Positions 59,354 to 64,000 of a stretch of DNA of 64,000 bases are shown piece after piece. The DNA is from a bacterium (GTDB lineage Bacteria > Hinthialibacterota > Hinthialibacteria > Hinthialibacterales > Hinthialibacteraceae). The stretch spans positions 1,568,001 to 1,632,000 of the forward strand of contig CAXXMV010000006.1 in assembly GCA_963662285.2 (NCBI GenBank). The letters are read 5' to 3'. Positions within the stretch are counted from its first letter, which is position 1. Each line of letters opens with the position of its first letter. The translations under genes and the position numbers were made by a program. Under the pieces are notes generated by a model that was not told the DNA's origin, did no database searches, and saw nothing but the letters and a program-made list of their open reading frames with translations.

Positions 59354-59704
59354 TGACTTTTCTCCTGTTTGTGCAATAAAAATATGATTCTTTTTAATAT
59401 ATTAAAGTGTTTTTTAATTGAAATCATTTATTATTTAATTATTTCTTCTTTTTTTTAACAAGTGTGGTTGGATGATTTTTATATGATTTTCGCGTAATTT
59501 GGTTGTTTTGACATTCCTTGCATCTATCGATGATCAGAATGTTTATATGTTTGTTTTTATTACCATAATAGGCCTTAAATTCTGAAAATCATGCGATATA
59601 AAACACGATAAAAGTAATAAAAAAAAATAAAATAAAAAAAAAATCAAAAGCTGGTAAACGCTACTTGACAGAAAGGGCGTCTCAAAGTTGAATATGCATC
59701 GCTT

Positions 59705-59777
<73 letters not shown>

Positions 59778-60043
59778 CATTTCTTCCCCCCTTTGTTGAT
59801 TTTCACGGTTTAATTCCCCCAAGTTTATAATAATTATAGTATAAATTTTTATTGTAACTTTTTGAGTGAACTTATGTTGATCTTTTGATCGTAATTCATA
59901 TAAAATCCTGAGAATCCACTTTATCCAGATTCAGACAAAAACACTGAACTTATCACCATATATCCGTCCTCATAACATGTTGCCCTTGGTTTTATCGTGA
60001 AAAATAGTTGTAGAGTACATACAAATTGTATATACTTATAATT

Positions 60044-60337
60044 ATGAAATTTGAATGGGACGAAAAGAAGAACCGTTTAAACCAGCAGAAACACGGTCTT
60101 AGTTTCGACGAGGCGCAAGAGATTTTTGAAGGGCCTGTTTTAACCTGGGCAGAGAATCGTCAGGAATACGGAGAAATCCGGGAAATTAGTATTGACGCTA
60201 TTGAAGAAGTTCTTGTAGTTGTTGTTATTCACACGAAACGTGAAGAAAGAGTTCGAATTATTTCAGCCCGTAGGGCCAAACAAACCGAAAGAAGGAAATA
60301 TTATGCCTATATCGAAAAAACGCTTGGAAGAAATTAA
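60044..60337 (+). CDS. brnT: BrnT family toxin
   Basis: MKFEWDEKK...KHGLSF, YGE.R, RIISARRA...ER..Y. Confidence 0.93.
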   Translation: MKFEWDEKKNRLNQQKHGLSFDEAQEIFEGPVLTWAENRQEYGEIREISIDAIEEVLVVVVIHTKREERVRIISARRAKQTERRKYYAYIEKTLGRN

Positions 60338-60560
60338 AGCCATGCGTGATAAGGATATAGATACTTCTGATATCCCGGAACTGGATGATCTTTTTTGGGA
60401 TAATGCGGAGTTGGTTATGCCCCAGCCGAAACCTTCTATTTCATTGCGGATTGAACCGGAGGTTTTGGATTGGTTCAAATCTTTTGGCCGGGGATACCAA
60501 ACTCGTATGAACGCTGTTTTACGCTCATATATGGAAACCCATAGAGAAAAGCATTCATAA
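60303..60560 (+). CDS. brnA: BrnA family antitoxin
   Basis: DIDTSDIPEL, ISLRI...VLDWFK..G.GYQTRMNAVLR; overlaps brnT. Confidence 0.93.
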   Translation: MPISKKRLEEIKAMRDKDIDTSDIPELDDLFWDNAELVMPQPKPSISLRIEPEVLDWFKSFGRGYQTRMNAVLRSYMETHREKHS

Positions 60561-60631
60561 CCGAATGATGATATGCTGTTTATTTCTACCCACTATCCAC
60601 TATCCACTCAAATAAACCCTGGAAATCATAG

Positions 60632-60665
60632 TTGACATTATGTTCAATATGCTTATAATGAACAT
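60632..60665 (+). promoter_or_regulatory. umuDC promoter (TTGACA-N16-TATAAT) overlapped by a palindromic operator
   Basis: TTGACA 60632-60637, TATAAT 60654-60659; ATGTTCA-N12-TGAACAT at 60640-60665. Confidence 0.75.
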
Positions 60666-60716
60666 GCGTTTACTTTTATTTGATTTTTACGTTATTTTGG
60701 CTATTGGAGATGCAGT

Positions 60717-61139
60717 GTGGAACGATCTTGTTTGGCGCATGTAATTAATAAGGAGTTTGCGCTTCCTTTGGTGGGATCGCGGGTGGAGGCAGGGTTTCCC
60801 TCTCCGGCGGATGATTATGTGGAGAAGAGCCTGGATCTGAATGAATATCTGGTTCGCAACTCGGCGGCGACCTTTTTTGTGCGGGCGTCGGGCGATTCGA
60901 TGATCGACGCCGGGATTCATCATGGCGATATTTTGATTGTGGATCGCTCGATAGAGGCTGAATCAGGCCGGGTGGTCATCGCCGTGGTGGATGGAGATAT
61001 GCTGGTAAAGCGTCTGCGGAAATTGCAGGGCGGTCTGATGCTGTTGTCGGAAAATGAGAATGAACCGCCTATACGCATCACGGGCGACACGGAATTCAGC
61101 GTTTGGGGGGTGGTTACCTGTGTGCTCCATTCATTGTAG
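60717..61139 (+). CDS. umuD: UmuD (Pol V accessory subunit, S24 autopeptidase)
   Basis: AGFPSPADDY cleavage site, GDSM Ser and VKRL Lys. Confidence 0.95.
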   Translation: MERSCLAHVINKEFALPLVGSRVEAGFPSPADDYVEKSLDLNEYLVRNSAATFFVRASGDSMIDAGIHHGDILIVDRSIEAESGRVVIAVVDGDMLVKRLRKLQGGLMLLSENENEPPIRITGDTEFSVWGVVTCVLHSL

Positions 61140-62487
61140 TCCCGGCGCCTGGAAGGACTCTAAAGAGGCGCTTCATCTATCCTCTCCAACCGGAGGCCGG
61201 GGGCCGGTTCTGGCGCTGGTTGATTGCAACAATTTCTATGTATCCTGCGAGCGGGTGTTTCAGCCCAATTTGGAAGGTAAGGCGGTGGTGGTGTTATCGA
61301 ACAATGATGGCTGCGTAATCGCCCGTTCCAACGAATCAAAGGCGCTGGGGTTGAAACTGGGCGACCCGTTTTTTAAGGTGGAGCCTTTTCTGCGCAGAGC
61401 CGGGGTCAAGTATTTCTCATCGAATTACAGTTTATATGGAGATTTTTCCCATAGGGTCATGGCGACTCTGGCGCAGTTTGCGCCGCAGATTGAGGTTTAT
61501 TCCATAGATGAGGCCTTTTTGAACCTGACGGGCATGGTTAAGCGGGGTCAATTGCAGGATGAGGCGTTGGTCGAGTATGGGCGGGAGATTCGTGAGACGG
61601 TTAAACAGTGGACTGGAATTCCGGTTTCGGTTGGCATCGCCGAAACCAAGACGTTGGCCAAAATCGCCAACCGCATCGCCAAGCGATCCAAGACGCTTAA
61701 CGGGGTTTTTGATATCCGTCTGGCGGCTGACCGTGATGCAATTCTGGAGGAGATCGAGGTGGGCGATGTATGGGGCATAGGTTCGCGGTATGCGCGTCGT
61801 CTGCGGGGACGCGGCGTCAACAACGCGCGGCAGCTGCGCGATGCGGATGAACTGTGGATTCAAAAAAAGATGGCTATGGGGGTGGTGGGGGTTCGTCTGG
61901 TGCTGGAACTGCGCGGGATTCCCTGTATGCCGCTCGACCTTTCTCCCGGACCGAAGAAGGGAATTGCATGTTCCCGGTCGTTCGGTCGGCCTATCGAGAA
62001 GCAGGAAGACCTGCGGGCGGCCACAGCGGCCTACGTCAGCCGGGCGGCGGTAAAACTGCGCGGCCAGAATTCGCTGGTCAAAACCATGAGCGTCTACGTC
62101 ATGACCAATCCCTTCAAGAACGAGCCGCAGTATTATAACTCGGCTCAGGTGCAGTTTGCCACGCCGACATCCAGCACTCCAGAGATGATCAAACATGCGC
62201 TGAAGGCTCTGGACGCCATCTACCGTCCGGGATACCGCTACAAGAAAACCGGGGTGGTGCTGATGGAATTAGTCCCCGCGACGTTCTATCAACCCGACCT
62301 GTTCGATTCGACTGACCGTGAAAGCAGCGCGAAACTGATGAAAATCATGGACCGCATCAACGCCCGCATGGGCGCCGATACCCTGCGATACGCCACATGC
62401 GCCGCCAACCCCGAACGCTGGCAAATGCGCCGCAAATTTGTAACGCCTTCTTATACTACCAGCTGGCAGGATTTGTGTTGGGTTTGA
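61120..62487 (+). CDS. umuC: UmuC Y-family DNA polymerase V catalytic subunit (start uncertain: GTG 61120, ATG 61054 or a later codon)
   Basis: LVDCNNFYVSCE, VLSNNDGC, SSNY, YSIDEAF, TKTLAK, VWGIG, SRSFG, P.YTT.W. Confidence 0.95.
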   Translation: MCSIHCSPGAWKDSKEALHLSSPTGGRGPVLALVDCNNFYVSCERVFQPNLEGKAVVVLSNNDGCVIARSNESKALGLKLGDPFFKVEPFLRRAGVKYFSSNYSLYGDFSHRVMATLAQFAPQIEVYSIDEAFLNLTGMVKRGQLQDEALVEYGREIRETVKQWTGIPVSVGIAETKTLAKIANRIAKRSKTLNGVFDIRLAADRDAILEEIEVGDVWGIGSRYARRLRGRGVNNARQLRDADELWIQKKMAMGVVGVRLVLELRGIPCMPLDLSPGPKKGIACSRSFGRPIEKQEDLRAATAAYVSRAAVKLRGQNSLVKTMSVYVMTNPFKNEPQYYNSAQVQFATPTSSTPEMIKHALKALDAIYRPGYRYKKTGVVLMELVPATFYQPDLFDSTDRESSAKLMKIMDRINARMGADTLRYATCAANPERWQMRRKFVTPSYTTSWQDLCWV

Positions 62488-62551
62488 TGGGGGATAGAAT
62501 TATGATCTGGTTTTTGAGATAAATAAGGGAAATGGAAAAGGGGGAAGAAAA

Positions 62552-63232
62552 ATGAGGGTAAGAAAACTATATAAATATGTTAAAGCGGATATTTGTCAAA
62601 AGATATTGAATAATGGCACGATTCGTTTTACTCCGCCTAATGAATTTAATGATCCGTTTGAATTGTTGCCAGCAAAAAAAGAGTACACTTATGAGATGAA
62701 TAAAAAGTTTCAAGACTATGCTAGCAGAAAAATAGGCATATTGTCACTTACTGAAAAGAGAAATGATTTGGTTATGTGGTCGCATTACGCCCATGATCAT
62801 AAAGGTGTAGTTATAGAGTTCAGTGTTAATAATGAATTTATGAATATACATGATTTTGGAAATAAAGAAGCAACATGCCAAAAGGTTAAATATGAAGAGA
62901 AACGCTGTTGGGCTCCTGATGAATGGAATCAAAAAGAAAAATATGATTTTATTCTCAAACTTGGGATAACGAAAAGTACATATTGGGAAAACGAAAAAGA
63001 GTGGAGAGGTTTTTGTGAAATTGAATCTAAGAATAATTCATATTTGATAAAATTTCCTCCAAAGATTATTACCGGAATTATCTATGGATGTAGGATTGAT
63101 GAGAAAAAGAAAAAGGAAATATCTGATATTATTAAACAAAACCAAAAATATTCTAGGATAAAAGAATATCAAGCAGAGATTCATGATTGTGAATATAAAC
63201 TGAGTATCAAGCCTATGGTTAAGACATGTTGA
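62552..63232 (+). CDS. DUF2971 domain protein
   Basis: LYKY, FNDPFE, MWSHYA..HKG, K...W..EKEWR, I.G. Confidence 0.85.
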   Translation: MRVRKLYKYVKADICQKILNNGTIRFTPPNEFNDPFELLPAKKEYTYEMNKKFQDYASRKIGILSLTEKRNDLVMWSHYAHDHKGVVIEFSVNNEFMNIHDFGNKEATCQKVKYEEKRCWAPDEWNQKEKYDFILKLGITKSTYWENEKEWRGFCEIESKNNSYLIKFPPKIITGIIYGCRIDEKKKKEISDIIKQNQKYSRIKEYQAEIHDCEYKLSIKPMVKTC

Positions 63233-63245
63233 TAATCATTGATTC

Positions 63246-63275
63246 GGTGTGTCGAAAAGACGCGATCCACCCTAT
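63246..63275 (-). repeat. Single degenerate REP-like hairpin
   Basis: Reverse strand reads ATAGGGTGGATCG...CGACACACC, same layout as the GTAG REPs. Confidence 0.45.
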
Positions 63276-63409
63276 GGGGGCTGCTATTGGTTCGATTTAA
63301 TATATATTATGGTTTATGATAATCCCCGTTTAATTTTGTTGAAAAATGTTATAATTAAATTGTACTCATCATTAATGAAATAGAATATTATCCCAGGAGG
63401 TGATGAGTC

Positions 63410-63964
63410 ATGGATGATGCTATGAATGTTGAGATAAAATTCAAAGAACTAATCAAGTACATCGCTTCGAGATCGATCAGCGATGAATATTTTGGCGCTG
63501 CAAAACTGAATAAGATTCTTTTTTTCTGTGATTTTCTTGCTTATCGCGACCTTGGCAAGTCGATTTCAGGAGAAGGTTATCATAAGGAGCCTTTTGGTCC
63601 GGTTCCCAACCATATTAACAAAGCAATAAAAGAGATGAAAGATTCTAATGGTATTGCTGAAGTTAATTGTCCCTTAGGTAGTTATACGCAGAGAAAAATA
63701 GTCACTCTTGCTGATGTTGACTTGGATATTTTTTCTCCCAGAGAAATCTCTTTAATTGATAACGTCATAGATTCTCTCCGAGGCGCCACCGCTACGGAGG
63801 TGAGCGGCCTTTCCCACAAATTTATCGGATGGCAACTGGCGGAGCAGGGAGAAGATATTCCCTATGAAGTATCTTTGCTGGGTGAGACGACTGTAACTGA
63901 GGATGATATCGAATATGGTAATGCTCTTCTAAAAGAATTTGAAAACAGTTCGGTCTTAATATAA
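63410..63964 (+). CDS. Panacea/SocA-like (DUF4065) antitoxin domain protein
   Basis: KLNKILFFCDF, G.SISG..Y.K.PFGPVP, LSH....W. Confidence 0.85.
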   Translation: MDDAMNVEIKFKELIKYIASRSISDEYFGAAKLNKILFFCDFLAYRDLGKSISGEGYHKEPFGPVPNHINKAIKEMKDSNGIAEVNCPLGSYTQRKIVTLADVDLDIFSPREISLIDNVIDSLRGATATEVSGLSHKFIGWQLAEQGEDIPYEVSLLGETTVTEDDIEYGNALLKEFENSSVLI

Positions 63965-64000
63965 TGGAAGAATTGCTGGTCGTTAGAGAACAACGTTTCA
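63964..64000 (+). CDS. Start of a translationally coupled ORF (MEELLVVREQRF...), truncated by window end; possible cognate toxin
   Basis: TAATG stop/start overlap with the Panacea gene; only 12 codons visible. Confidence 0.4.
   Translation, partial: MEELLVVREQRF

Noticed and set aside
60590-60610. CCACTAT tandem repeat (about 3 units) after brnA
   Set aside because: Too short to support a function; likely a slippage microsatellite.
61432-62196. 254-aa minus-strand ORF
   Set aside because: Antisense to GC-rich umuC, where long shadow ORFs are expected.

Overview
Bacterial chromosomal window, mostly housekeeping, envelope and secreted-protein genes, with no CRISPR array, integrase or transposase visible. 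The gene repertoire looks like a diderm PVC-like or candidate-phylum organism (inference). Contents in order: a divergent hisD/hisB-like pair; CBS-korA-korB-CBS; ECF sigma/anti-sigma; SMUG1-type UDG; GT9; a PP2C sensor; GT-C; TPR; PilB-PilT-PilB; an MFS transporter; HDAC-gmk-trkH; secA; BlaI/BlaR1-LRR; prs; a variant acetate kinase; several secreted proteins; nfo; mgtE; tRNA-Phe; then an accessory block (BrnTA, umuDC, DUF2971, Panacea-type antitoxin). The most striking unexplained signal is that three unrelated signal-peptide proteins end in the same 9-residue C-terminal motif, T-x-[VI]-x-D-W-x-[LMI]-[YH]-stop, a candidate undescribed protein-sorting signal. Other leads: HisD-, HisB- and AckA-like enzymes with altered catalytic motifs, a candidate new SOS operator, a BlaI-type operator pair, and several families of intergenic palindromic repeats. 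Family calls come from motif recognition by eye; no searches were run.
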